A DNA stretch of 47,034 bases from Candidatus Fervidifonticultor secundus (GTDB taxonomy: Bacteria; Sysuimicrobiota; Sysuimicrobiia; Sysuimicrobiales; Humicultoraceae). Location: positions 1 through 47,034 of the forward strand of contig JAVKIP010000023.1 of the NCBI GenBank assembly GCA_031459385.1, in the 5' to 3' direction. The position numbers and the translations under genes were made by a program. The notes beneath the pieces are model-generated. The model did no database searches. It was not told where the DNA came from and saw nothing but the letters and a program-made list of their open reading frames with translations. Of this stretch, positions 38,573 through 47,034 are shown in pieces (the first letter of the stretch is position 1; every line of letters starts with the position of its first letter).

Positions 38573-40789
38573 TCACCGGCTTCCCCGCACGTCCACGCGG
38601 AACGTCCCTTCCCACGCCGCGCCCGGCGCCAGGTGCAGCGGCCGCACCGACCACAGCGTCACGCCCTGAAACGTCCGCTCGTACCCGGCCTCGGAGGCCG
38701 AGACGACTTCGATCGGGATGACCCACAGGTCAGCCGGCGGCGCGGCGACGTCGACGGCCAGCGCCCGCGGGGAATCCCGCAGGGTCCAGCCCGCGACGTC
38801 GCGCAGCGCGCTTACCTGCCGCACCGGCACCGTGAGTTGCCCGGCACCGTCACCGGGGGCGCGCCGGCCCGTGGCAGCGGCCGCGACGACCTCCGCCTCG
38901 GGTCCGGCGACGTCCCAGGCGGTCTCCACCGCGAACGCGGCTGCCAGGTGGCCGTCGCCGGTGTTGGTGACGCGGTAGGCCACCTCCAGCGCGGCGCGGC
39001 CGGCCGGCACTCGCAGCGTCTTCTCGACGCGCACCGGCGCGTACCCATCGCCGGCGCGCACATGCCCGTCGCGCCACAGGCGCACGACGACCTCCCCGCG
39101 CCGGCGCGCGAGCGCCACCCGGTAGGGCCGGGTGATGAAGTCGCCCACTTCCCGCGCCTCCCACCGCAGCACGCGGTCGGGGCCGGCACCGGGCTCGAGG
39201 AAGTGGTCGAGGAAGGCCTGGCGCCGGTACCAGTCGTACACCAGATGGCGCTCGAGCCCCAGTTCCTTCACCCGCACCCGCGTCGTGTGGATCGACTCGA
39301 CCTGCTCGGCCCCCTCCAGCGCCACCGCGCCGCGCGCTAAGGCCTCGCGCAGGTGGGCGTGATAGCCCTCTTCCCTGCGGGTCACGACGTTGACCAGGTT
39401 GACTCGCGCCGCCCGCGCGTCCCACTCCACGATCCCGCCGCCCGCCGCCGGGGCTATCACGATCACCTGCGCGTCGCTCGTCACCACCACCTCCGGCAGG
39501 CCATCGGCGTCGGCATCCTGGCGGCGCGCTGCCACCCGCCGGCGGTGGCGGTGCCGGCTGCGGTCGGCGAGCGCCTCGGCCGCGATCAGGTGCGCGTAGG
39601 TGGCGGCCCGGATGTGCCCCAGGTAGACCCCGCCGAAGATGCCGTGCCAGTAGGGGCAGTTGCACTGGCCCTGCCACAGATGGTCCAGAGCCGTCGCGCG
39701 CGCTCGCCCGCGCGGCATGCGCCAGACCTTGCGGCTGGCGCGCAGCATCGCCTTGTGCATCGTGTTGATCTCAGGGTACTTCACCAGGAAGTGGCGCCAG
39801 TAGCCGCCGTGGAGGAACGGCAGCAGGTCGGCGCGGCCCTGGGCGGCCAGTTCGTGCTTGAGCGCGGGCAGCCGTGCCGCCAGCGGCGCCGGCAGTGCCC
39901 ACTCGGTCATCTCGTCGTACGCGGCCGTGGGCAGGTAGATGCGGCCCCGCGGGGGATGCCGGGCCAGCCACGCGCCGGGCAGCACGGTGGTCAGCCAGCC
40001 CGCAGCCGCCTCCAGCGCCGTGAAGAACTCCTCGACCCAGCCGCGCTCCCAGCACAGCCGGTGCGTCCCCGGCCACAGCCCGAACTTCTCACCGTCGTCG
40101 CCCATCACCAGCAGGCGCGGCCTGTCGCCGGCGTCTGGGCGAAGGTCGGCGTCTGCGCGGCCCTCGCCGGCGTCGGTGCGGGCGGCCTGCGCCTGCAGCC
40201 ACGCCATCAGCTCCGGCACCTGGGCCCACGGGATCCGGTACCGCAGCGCCTTCAGGCTCGGGAAGATGGCCAGGGGCGCACCCGTCTCCTCGGTGACGAA
40301 GTAGCCGTCGAGGTCGTGCTCGCCCAGGCCGGCGCGGAAGAAGTGCGCGTCGTCCACGATCGTGTAGCGCACGCCGGCGGCAGCCAGCGGTCGCGGCAGG
40401 TGCGGTTCCCACACGCGCTCGGCCAGCCACAGGCCGGTGGCGTCCACGCCGAACAGCGCCCGCACCGCGTCGGTCATCTTGCGGATCTGGCCGCGCTTGT
40501 CGGGGTCGGGGATCACGGGCAGGATCGGCTCGTAGTACCCGCCGGTCATGAGCTCGACCTGGCCGCGCGCGGCCAGCCGGCGCACACGCGCCAGCAACCC
40601 GGGCTGCCGGCTGCGCAGCCAGTCGAGCACCGGGCCGGAGTAGTGCAGCGCCACGCGCACCGCGGGATGCCGCTCGAGGGCGTCGACCATGGGCGCGTAG
40701 GCCAGATCGTGCGCTTCCGCGAAGACGCGGTCGAAGTTGCCTACGGGCTGGTGATTGTGGAGCGCGAGCCCCAGGTGCAGGCGCGGCAC
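38573..40789 (-). CDS. GH57 alpha-amylase/4-alpha-glucanotransferase
   Basis: HNHQPVGN, WLAERVWEP, DDGEKFG, QCNCPYWHG; AAGGAGG RBS. Confidence 0.93.
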   Translation of the reverse strand: MPRLHLGLALHNHQPVGNFDRVFAEAHDLAYAPMVDALERHPAVRVALHYSGPVLDWLRSRQPGLLARVRRLAARGQVELMTGGYYEPILPVIPDPDKRGQIRKMTDAVRALFGVDATGLWLAERVWEPHLPRPLAAAGVRYTIVDDAHFFRAGLGEHDLDGYFVTEETGAPLAIFPSLKALRYRIPWAQVPELMAWLQAQAARTDAGEGRADADLRPDAGDRPRLLVMGDDGEKFGLWPGTHRLCWERGWVEEFFTALEAAAGWLTTVLPGAWLARHPPRGRIYLPTAAYDEMTEWALPAPLAARLPALKHELAAQGRADLLPFLHGGYWRHFLVKYPEINTMHKAMLRASRKVWRMPRGRARATALDHLWQGQCNCPYWHGIFGGVYLGHIRAATYAHLIAAEALADRSRHRHRRRVAARRQDADADGLPEVVVTSDAQVIVIAPAAGGGIVEWDARAARVNLVNVVTRREEGYHAHLREALARGAVALEGAEQVESIHTTRVRVKELGLERHLVYDWYRRQAFLDHFLEPGAGPDRVLRWEAREVGDFITRPYRVALARRRGEVVVRLWRDGHVRAGDGYAPVRVEKTLRVPAGRAALEVAYRVTNTGDGHLAAAFAVETAWDVAGPEAEVVAAAATGRRAPGDGAGQLTVPVRQVSALRDVAGWTLRDSPRALAVDVAAPPADLWVIPIEVVSASEAGYERTFQGVTLWSVRPLHLAPGAAWEGTFRVDVRGSR

Positions 40790-40845
40790 GGGAAGACGCC
40801 TCCTTCGGATGCCGCGGCGCGGTCTGCGGCGCGGATCACGACTGG

Positions 40846-42162
40846 CTACAGCCCGGCGACGAACCGGCCGGGGTTGAGGATGTGCTGGGGGTCGAACGCG
40901 TTCTTCAGGGCGCGCATCACGGGCAGCGCCGGCGGCACCGGCGCCCAGACGTCGCCCGCCGCCTTCAGCGCGGCCGGCAGCCGCGTCAAGAGCAGGTGCC
41001 CCTGGTGGTCCACCGCCGCCCGGCGCAGGCCGTCCAGCGTGCCCGGCGTGAAGCCCGACGCCGGCCCCGCCGCCCAGACGATGCCGGCCACTACGTGGGC
41101 CACCAGGCCTGCCGGGGAGGGCAGGCCCGCCCGCAGCGCGGCCAGCGCGCCGGGCAGGCGGCCCGCGGGCACCGACAGGCGGGCGGCCACCAGGTCGCCC
41201 GACCAGCCGAAGTCGCGCACCGCGGTCCAGACGCGCTGCGCGGCCTCAGGGCCGAGGCCCTCGAGCTGCACGCCGCCGGCGTGCGCGGCCCAGGCGCCGA
41301 TGTCGCGCTCGGCCCGCGCCACCGCCGGCGCGATGCCATCGGCGCGCACCAGCAGCACCGGCGACGAGACGCCGAGCACCCCGCCCACCTCGGCGCCCAG
41401 CAGCGCTGCGGCGGGACGGTCGAGCACCGTCACGGCTACAGGCACGAGCGGCGACGCCGCGATCCGGGCGGCGAGGCGCACGAGCGTCTCGAGGTCGGCC
41501 CACAGCGCGACGGTACGCGTCACTTCGGGCCGGGGGAGGACCTTGAACGTCATCTCGGTGAGCACGCCGAGGGTACCCATGGCGCCGACGAAGAGCTTGG
41601 CCATGTCGTAACCGGCCACGTTCTTGACGGTCTTGCCGCCCCAGCGGACGAGGCCGCCGTCGGGCAGCGCGGCGCGCACGCCGATCACCAGGTCCCGCAC
41701 GGGCCCGAAGCGGCCGCGCCACGGGCTGCCCAGGTCCACGGACGCTGCGCCGCCCGGCGTTGCCAGCGGCGCCCGCGGGGGTTCCACCGGCAGCCACTGG
41801 CCGGCCGCATCCAGGGCACGGCCCAGCGCCTCCAGCGTGATCCCGGCCTCGACCGTGACGGTCAGGTTGGCGGCGTCGTGGTCGAGCACGCGCCCCAGGC
41901 GGTCGGTGCGCAACACCACGCTGGCCGCGCGGAGAGGGTTGCCGACCTCCTGCGCGGTGCCGCCGCCCCAGGGGATGACCGCCGCGCCGGCTTCGGCGCA
42001 GACCCGCAGCACCGCGGCGACCTGCTCCGCATCGTGGGGCCGGACGACGATGCGAGGCACGTGCCCGTCGACGGCGTAGCGCGCCAGCCCGGCCGCCAGC
42101 ACGCTCTCGGCGCCGACGAGCGCCTCGAGCCGGGGTACCAGCGCCTCGCCCGTGGCACTCAC
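40846..42162 (-). CDS. glcE: FAD-binding oxidoreductase, glycolate oxidase GlcE-like subunit
   Basis: GGGT, VEAG, GGKTVKNVAGYDMAKLFVG..GTLG, FDPQHILNPG. Confidence 0.85.
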   Translation of the reverse strand: MSATGEALVPRLEALVGAESVLAAGLARYAVDGHVPRIVVRPHDAEQVAAVLRVCAEAGAAVIPWGGGTAQEVGNPLRAASVVLRTDRLGRVLDHDAANLTVTVEAGITLEALGRALDAAGQWLPVEPPRAPLATPGGAASVDLGSPWRGRFGPVRDLVIGVRAALPDGGLVRWGGKTVKNVAGYDMAKLFVGAMGTLGVLTEMTFKVLPRPEVTRTVALWADLETLVRLAARIAASPLVPVAVTVLDRPAAALLGAEVGGVLGVSSPVLLVRADGIAPAVARAERDIGAWAAHAGGVQLEGLGPEAAQRVWTAVRDFGWSGDLVAARLSVPAGRLPGALAALRAGLPSPAGLVAHVVAGIVWAAGPASGFTPGTLDGLRRAAVDHQGHLLLTRLPAALKAAGDVWAPVPPALPVMRALKNAFDPQHILNPGRFVAGL

Positions 42163-42232
42163 CGGCGCACCCTCCCCGTGGAGCGACGCCGGCCGGGGCA
42201 GGGCAGCAATGCGCGGAAGAGCCGCCGGGGCC

Positions 42233-43552
42233 TCACGCGCCCGCCTGGTCCAGGAGGTCCATCAGGTGCACGACGCGCACCGGCACGCCGAAGCGACGCG
42301 CGCCGTACTGCAGCTGCAGCATGCAGCCCGGGTTGGGCGCCACCAGCACCTGGGCGCCGGTGGCCCGCACCGCTTCCATCTTCTCGCGCAGCACCGTCTC
42401 GGCCATCTCGGGCTGCAGCACGTTGTAGATGCCGGCACTGCCGCAGCAACGGTCCGCGGCGGCCATCTCCACCAGGCGCACGCCCGCCGCGGCCAGCAGC
42501 GCCCGCGGCTCGGCGCGCACGCGCTGCCCGTGGGCCAGGTGGCACGGGTCCTGGTACGTGGCGACCACGGGCAGGGCCTGCGGGCGGGTGCGCAGCCCCA
42601 GGTGGGCCAGCAGTTCGGTGACGTCGCGCACCTTCGCCGCAAAGCGCCGCGCCCGCCCGGCGTAGGCCGGGTCGTCGGCGAGCAGATGCCCGTAGGCCTT
42701 CATGGCCGCGCCGCAGCCCGCGGCGTTCACCACGACGGCGTCCACGTCCTCGGGGAAGGCGTCGATGTTCCGCCGGGCCATGGCACGGGCGCTTGCGGCC
42801 TCGCCGTAGTGGCTGTTGAGCGCCCCGCAGCACGTCTGGCCCCCGGGCACGACCACCTCGCACCCGTTGCGCCGCAGCACGCGCACCGTGGCGTCGTTGA
42901 CGTCGGGGAAGAACAGGCCCATGGCGCAGCCCGACAGGAACGCCACGCGCGCGCGGCGGTCGCCGAGGGCGGGAAGCACCTCGGCCTCGGGGGCGAAGGC
43001 GCGCGGCGGCACCTCGGGCGCGAGCGCCGCGCGCAGCTGCAGGCGCCGGGGCAGCACGCGCTGCGCGAGGGCGGGCAGGCCGGCCCGCTGCGCGGCGCGC
43101 AGCAGCGCCGCGGCGCGTCGCAGCCGTGCCGGGTGCGGCATGAGCTGGCGCAAGACGAAGCGCACGATGGCGCGCTGGACTGGCGGCCCGGGCGGGCCCA
43201 GGACCGCCCGGGCCGCCTCGGCGATCCGCCCGTACTGCACGCCCGAGGGGCAGGCGGTCTCGCACGCCCGACACATCAGGCACAGGTAGAGGTGGTCGGC
43301 GATGACCGCCGGCTCGAGCCGGCCGGCGGCTGCTTCCTTCACCAGCCAGATCCGCCCGCGCGGCGATTCGGCCTCCAGGCGGGTGACGCGGTACGTGGGA
43401 CACTGGTTCAGGCAGAGGCCGCAGTGGATGCAGGTCTCGACCTCGGGGATCCACGGCATGGCGGGCGCGCGCGCGGCGCCGGGGAAGCCTGCCGGGACGG
43501 CCGCGCCTGGCCCGGCGGGCGGGGCGGCGACGGTGGGCGGCGTGCCGCTCAT
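42233..43552 (-). CDS. glcF: Glycolate oxidase iron-sulfur subunit
   Basis: CIHCGLCLNQC and CLMCRACETAC clusters, ESPRGR, two CCG domains, DPCHL. Confidence 0.9.
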   Translation of the reverse strand: MSGTPPTVAAPPAGPGAAVPAGFPGAARAPAMPWIPEVETCIHCGLCLNQCPTYRVTRLEAESPRGRIWLVKEAAAGRLEPAVIADHLYLCLMCRACETACPSGVQYGRIAEAARAVLGPPGPPVQRAIVRFVLRQLMPHPARLRRAAALLRAAQRAGLPALAQRVLPRRLQLRAALAPEVPPRAFAPEAEVLPALGDRRARVAFLSGCAMGLFFPDVNDATVRVLRRNGCEVVVPGGQTCCGALNSHYGEAASARAMARRNIDAFPEDVDAVVVNAAGCGAAMKAYGHLLADDPAYAGRARRFAAKVRDVTELLAHLGLRTRPQALPVVATYQDPCHLAHGQRVRAEPRALLAAAGVRLVEMAAADRCCGSAGIYNVLQPEMAETVLREKMEAVRATGAQVLVAPNPGCMLQLQYGARRFGVPVRVVHLMDLLDQAGA

Positions 43553-43616
43553 GGGGCGCCGACGGTGCGCGACGTGCCGCTCATGGGGCGGCGACGGTGG
43601 GCGACGTGCCGCTCAT
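43521..43616. repeat. Three near-identical tandem 32-bp units spanning the glcD stop and glcF start
   Basis: Units at 43521-52, 43553-84 and 43585-616; consensus GGGGCGGCGACGGTGGGCGACGTGCCGCTCAT; no spacers. Confidence 0.95.
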
Positions 43617-45058
43617 GGGACCCGCGCCTCGTCCGCGGCTGCACCGCGGGCGGCCGGGGCAGCGTGCAGCGGCCGGCCCGTGGGGAAGATCTTGTCGGGG
43701 TTGAAGAGGCCCTGCGGATCGAAGACGTCCTTGACGCGCTTCATCGCCGCGATATCGGCCTCGCCGAACATCCAGCCCAGGTACTCCCGCTTCTCCAGGC
43801 CGATGCCGTGCTCGCCGGTGATGGTCCCGCCGGCGTCCACGCAGGCGCGCATGATGTCCTCGGTCAGGCCCACCACCCGCGCATACTCGGGCGACTCCTC
43901 GGGGAAGTCGAAGAACGGCGTGGGGTGCATGTTGCCGTCGCCGGCGTGGAAGAAGTTGGCCACGCCGACCTCCCACTTCCGGCCGGCGTCGAGGACCTGC
44001 TGCATCACCTGGGCCAACCGCGAGCGCGGCGCGCACACGTCGAGCATCATCGCCCGCCGGCCCAGCCGGCCCAGCGCGCCGTAGGCATGCTTGCGGCCCT
44101 TCCACAGGCCGGCGCGCTCCTCGGCCGTGGCCGCGGTCTGGATGCGGCGGGCCCCGCGCGCGCGGCAGATCTGCTCGATCCGCTCGATGAGCACCGGCAC
44201 CGCCTCGACGACCCCCTCGACCTCGATCAGGAGCGCGGCCTCGGCGTCGGCCGGGAAGCCCGCCCCCAGCGTCGCGTTCACCGCCCGCATCGAGATCCCG
44301 TCGAGGACCTCCAGGGCCTCCGGCACCATTCCCGCGGCGATGATGGCCGAGGTGGCCTCGCACGCGGCGTCCATGGTGTCGTAGATCGCCAGCAGCGTGC
44401 GCACCGCCTCGCGCTTGGAGACCAGCCGCACCACCACCTTGGTGACGACGCCCAGGGTGCCCTCAGACCCCACCAGCAGACCGGTCAGGTCGTAGCCGGG
44501 CGCGTCGTGGGCGCGCCCACCCACCCAGGTCAGCGTGCCGTCGGGCAGCACCACCTCCAGGCCGAGCACGTTGTTGCTGGTGACGCCGTACGCCAGGCAG
44601 TGCGGCCCCCCGGAGTTGTTGGCGACGTTGCCGCCGACGGTGGACGCCACCTGGCTGCCCGGGTCGGGCGCGTAGAAGAGCCCGTAGGGCTCCAGCGCGG
44701 CGGTGAGGTCCGCGTTGACCACGCCGGGCTCCACCACCGCCACGCGGCTTGCGGTGTCGACCTCGAGGATGCGGGTCATGCGGGTCAGGGCCACCACCAC
44801 GCCGCCCCGCACCGCAATGGCGCCGCCCGCGAGCCCGGTGCCCGCGCCCCGGGCCACCACCGGGGTGCCGGCCTCGCGCGCGATGCGCACGACCGCCACC
44901 ACCTGCTCGGCCGTCTCGGGCAGGACGACGACGTCCGGGCGCCCGCGGGCCACCATCAGGGCGTCCTGCTCGTACACCGAGACGTCGTCGGGGTGGTGGA
45001 GCACGTACGCCCCCCCGACGACGGCCTGCAGGCGGCGGATCAGCTCGGATCGGTCCAT
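43613..45058 (-). CDS. glcD: Glycolate oxidase FAD-linked subunit
   Basis: RGAGTGLAGG, PDPGS, GGPHCLAYG, GSEGTLG, HAGDGNMHP, GEHGIG; GGAGG RBS. Confidence 0.9.
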   Translation of the reverse strand: MDRSELIRRLQAVVGGAYVLHHPDDVSVYEQDALMVARGRPDVVVLPETAEQVVAVVRIAREAGTPVVARGAGTGLAGGAIAVRGGVVVALTRMTRILEVDTASRVAVVEPGVVNADLTAALEPYGLFYAPDPGSQVASTVGGNVANNSGGPHCLAYGVTSNNVLGLEVVLPDGTLTWVGGRAHDAPGYDLTGLLVGSEGTLGVVTKVVVRLVSKREAVRTLLAIYDTMDAACEATSAIIAAGMVPEALEVLDGISMRAVNATLGAGFPADAEAALLIEVEGVVEAVPVLIERIEQICRARGARRIQTAATAEERAGLWKGRKHAYGALGRLGRRAMMLDVCAPRSRLAQVMQQVLDAGRKWEVGVANFFHAGDGNMHPTPFFDFPEESPEYARVVGLTEDIMRACVDAGGTITGEHGIGLEKREYLGWMFGEADIAAMKRVKDVFDPQGLFNPDKIFPTGRPLHAAPAARGAAADEARVP

Positions 45059-45293
45059 GCGGATCCTCCACACGCGGTCACGCCGGTGCCATCGCGACGC
45101 GGCCGCCAACGTGTTGATTCCTGGACGCGCTGCGATCTCCTGCGGACTGCCTGCGCGCAGGGGATCGCACGCACGCCGCGGTACTGATGCATGGTTGCGG
45201 GCCGACGGGCGCAGGCGTCACGGCTCGACGGGACGGGCGTTGCGTGCCTGCACGGCGTACGCTGCCGCACACCCTGCCATGCAGGAGGTGCCG

Positions 45294-46343
45294 GTGCAGA
45301 GCGTCGGACCGATCCCCACCGCCATCGCAGGCCGCGGGCCGGCCGCCCGGAGGCTGGCGCCAGGCCTGGTGGTCGCGCTGGTCCTGGCCGCCGCAGCCCA
45401 GACGGCAGGCGCCCTGCTGCCGCTGGCCGGGGCGCCGGTGCTGGCGCTCGCCGCCGGCCTCGTTGTGCGCACGGCGGCCGGTCCCCGGCCGGCCTGGGGC
45501 CCCGGGGTGGAGTTCACGCTGCGGCGGCTCCTGCGGCTGGCGATCGTCCTCTTTGGGGCCACGCTGGGCTTCACGCAGGTGGTGAGGATCGGGGCCGGGG
45601 CGACAGCCCTCCTGGCCACCACCGTCCTGCTGGCCCTGGGCCTCACCGCCCTGTTCGGACGGTGGCTGCGCGCGCCGGGAGGGCTCGTGAGCCTGATCGG
45701 CGCCGGCACGGCCATCTGCGGCGCCACGGCGATCCTCACCATCGGGCCCATCATCGAGGCCCGTCAGGACGAAGTCGCCTTCGCGGTGACGACGATCTTC
45801 CTGTTCAACATGCTGGCGGTCGTCCTCTACCCGGTGCTCGGGCAGCTGCTGGCGCTGTCCGACACCGCGTTCGGCGTGTGGGCAGGCGCGGCCATTCACG
45901 ACACCTCGTCGGTGCTGGCCGCCGCGTTCCAGTTCAGCGAGCCCGCGGGGCAGGTCGCCACCGTCGTGAAGCTCACGCGCACGCTGCTGCTGGTGCCGCT
46001 GGCGCTGGCATTCGGCGTGGCGCACAGCGTGCGCCGCAGCCGCGCCGGCGTGGGGGCGGCGCAGGTACGTCTGGCCCGCATCTTCCCGTGGTTCGTCGTG
46101 TGGTTCGCGGCGGCGGCCCTGCTGCACACCCTCGGGCTCGTCGGCCCGTCGCTGGCGCGGGCGGCGTCGGTGACCGGACGCTTTCTGGTGGTGATGGTGA
46201 TGGTCGCGGTGGGGCTGTCGGCCGACCTCGCGGGGATGCGCCGGCTCGGGCTGCGGCCCTTCTACATCGGGCTGCTGGCGTCGGTGGCGATCGCGGCGAT
46301 CAGCCTGGCGCTGCTCCGCGCACTACCGATCTCGACGCCCTGA
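45294..46343 (+). CDS. YeiH-family (putative sulfate exporter) membrane protein
   Basis: LRLAIVLFG, GTAICGATAI, FGVWAGAAIHDTSSV, VKLTR, PWF; GTG after AGGAGG. Confidence 0.9.
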   Translation: MQSVGPIPTAIAGRGPAARRLAPGLVVALVLAAAAQTAGALLPLAGAPVLALAAGLVVRTAAGPRPAWGPGVEFTLRRLLRLAIVLFGATLGFTQVVRIGAGATALLATTVLLALGLTALFGRWLRAPGGLVSLIGAGTAICGATAILTIGPIIEARQDEVAFAVTTIFLFNMLAVVLYPVLGQLLALSDTAFGVWAGAAIHDTSSVLAAAFQFSEPAGQVATVVKLTRTLLLVPLALAFGVAHSVRRSRAGVGAAQVRLARIFPWFVVWFAAAALLHTLGLVGPSLARAASVTGRFLVVMVMVAVGLSADLAGMRRLGLRPFYIGLLASVAIAAISLALLRALPISTP

Positions 46344-46391
46344 GCGGGTCGGCGGCCGCAGTGTGCACGGGAGGCTGCGGCTTTCCGCAAC

Positions 46392-46724
46392 TGTCCAGTG
46401 CGGACCAGGTGTTTGCACCTTAATCGCTCCAAGCGAGTCCGTCATGACTCACACGGCTGACCGGCTGAGAAACACAGACGCTGGCGTGCGCCCCCTGAGG
46501 CGGTACCCCTGATGCGGGCGCTCGTGGTTGTAGAACCGCAGGTAGGCCTGGAGATCCCGGTCGAGCTGGCCCAGGCTGGTGTAGTAGGTGCGCCGGAAGG
46601 CCACGCGCCACAGCTCGGTGAGGATCGTGCCCTGCAGCCGTTCGACGAACCCGTTGGTCCAGGCATGGCGGGGTTTGGTGCGGCGATGCTGAATCCCCAG
46701 GGCCCGGCAGGCGCGGGTGAAGGC
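46392..46724 (-). mobile_element. IS481-family element remnant (3' part with candidate terminus)
   Basis: Contains the transposase C-terminus; candidate end TGTCCAGT... at 46392 (IS481 ends typically begin 5'-TGT); boundary tentative. Confidence 0.65.
46449..46724 (-). pseudogene. IS481-family transposase, C-terminal fragment
   Basis: AFTRACRALGIQHRRTKPRHAWTNGFVERL..YNHERPHQG..GRTP; the upstream DDE Asp residues and HTH are absent. Confidence 0.85.
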
Positions 46725-47034
46725 CGACTCCCGCTGCCGGCGTCGATTGAAGACATCGACTCTACCACGCCGCGGGGCCTGGAGCGCGGCCTGATCCGGA
46801 CGCTCGCAGAGGGCCGCTGGCTCCACGAGCATCTCAATCTGATCCTGTGCGGACCGACGGGCGTGGGCAAGACCTACATCGCCAGCGCCTTGGGGAACGC
46901 CGCGTGTCGGCAAGGGTTTGCCGTGCGGTACGATCGGGTCTCCCGGCTTGCCGGCGATCTCATCCTCGCCAAGGCCGACGGCTCCTATCCACGGTTCCTG
47001 CGCACGCTCGCCAAGACGGATCTGCTGATGCTCG
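46725..47034 (+). pseudogene. istB: IS21-family helper ATPase IstB fragment (5' truncated, runs off the window)
   Basis: Manual translation RLPLPASIEDID..PRGL..NLILCGPTGVGKTYIASALGNAACRQG..AKADGSY..LAKTDLLML; no start or istA upstream. Confidence 0.85.

Noticed and set aside
43521..43616. 32-bp repeats as a mini CRISPR array
   Set aside because: The units are directly adjacent with no spacers, and there are no cas genes in the window
46449..46913. 154-aa ORF as an intact transposase
   Set aside because: Its first roughly 60 residues are the antisense of istB; it is a chimeric reading frame

Overview
Very high-GC bacterial chromosomal segment, densely coding, mostly metabolic and housekeeping genes. 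In order: (-) htrA-nagZ-nagA-xpt followed by an Opp/Dpp-type ABC transporter running off the left edge; (+) a divergent M19 dipeptidase-like gene overlapping a zinc-ribbon/class III nucleotide cyclase/STAND ATPase/TPR gene; a complete accD-accA-accB-accC operon; ROK kinase, SPFH and acyltransferase-like genes; (-) PGI/PMI, an MsmX-like ATPase, an esterase and two small membrane proteins; (+) mscS, an epimerase, a GH57 branching enzyme and glgC; an arsR-arsN2-arsM cassette with a clear promoter and operator; a TPR lytic transglycosylase; a Liv-type ABC transporter with a divergent GH88-like gene embedded in it; (-) glcD-glcF-glcE and a GH57 glucanotransferase; a YeiH exporter; and fused IS481/IS21 relics at the right edge. 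No rRNA, tRNA or CRISPR array was seen. The two most unusual observations are a 3x32-bp repeat forming a chain of ATGA-overlapping mini-ORFs between glcD and glcF, and the active-site-altered GH88-like enzyme inside an amino/organic-acid-type transporter operon. All calls come from reading motifs by eye; no database searches were run, and several start codons are uncertain.
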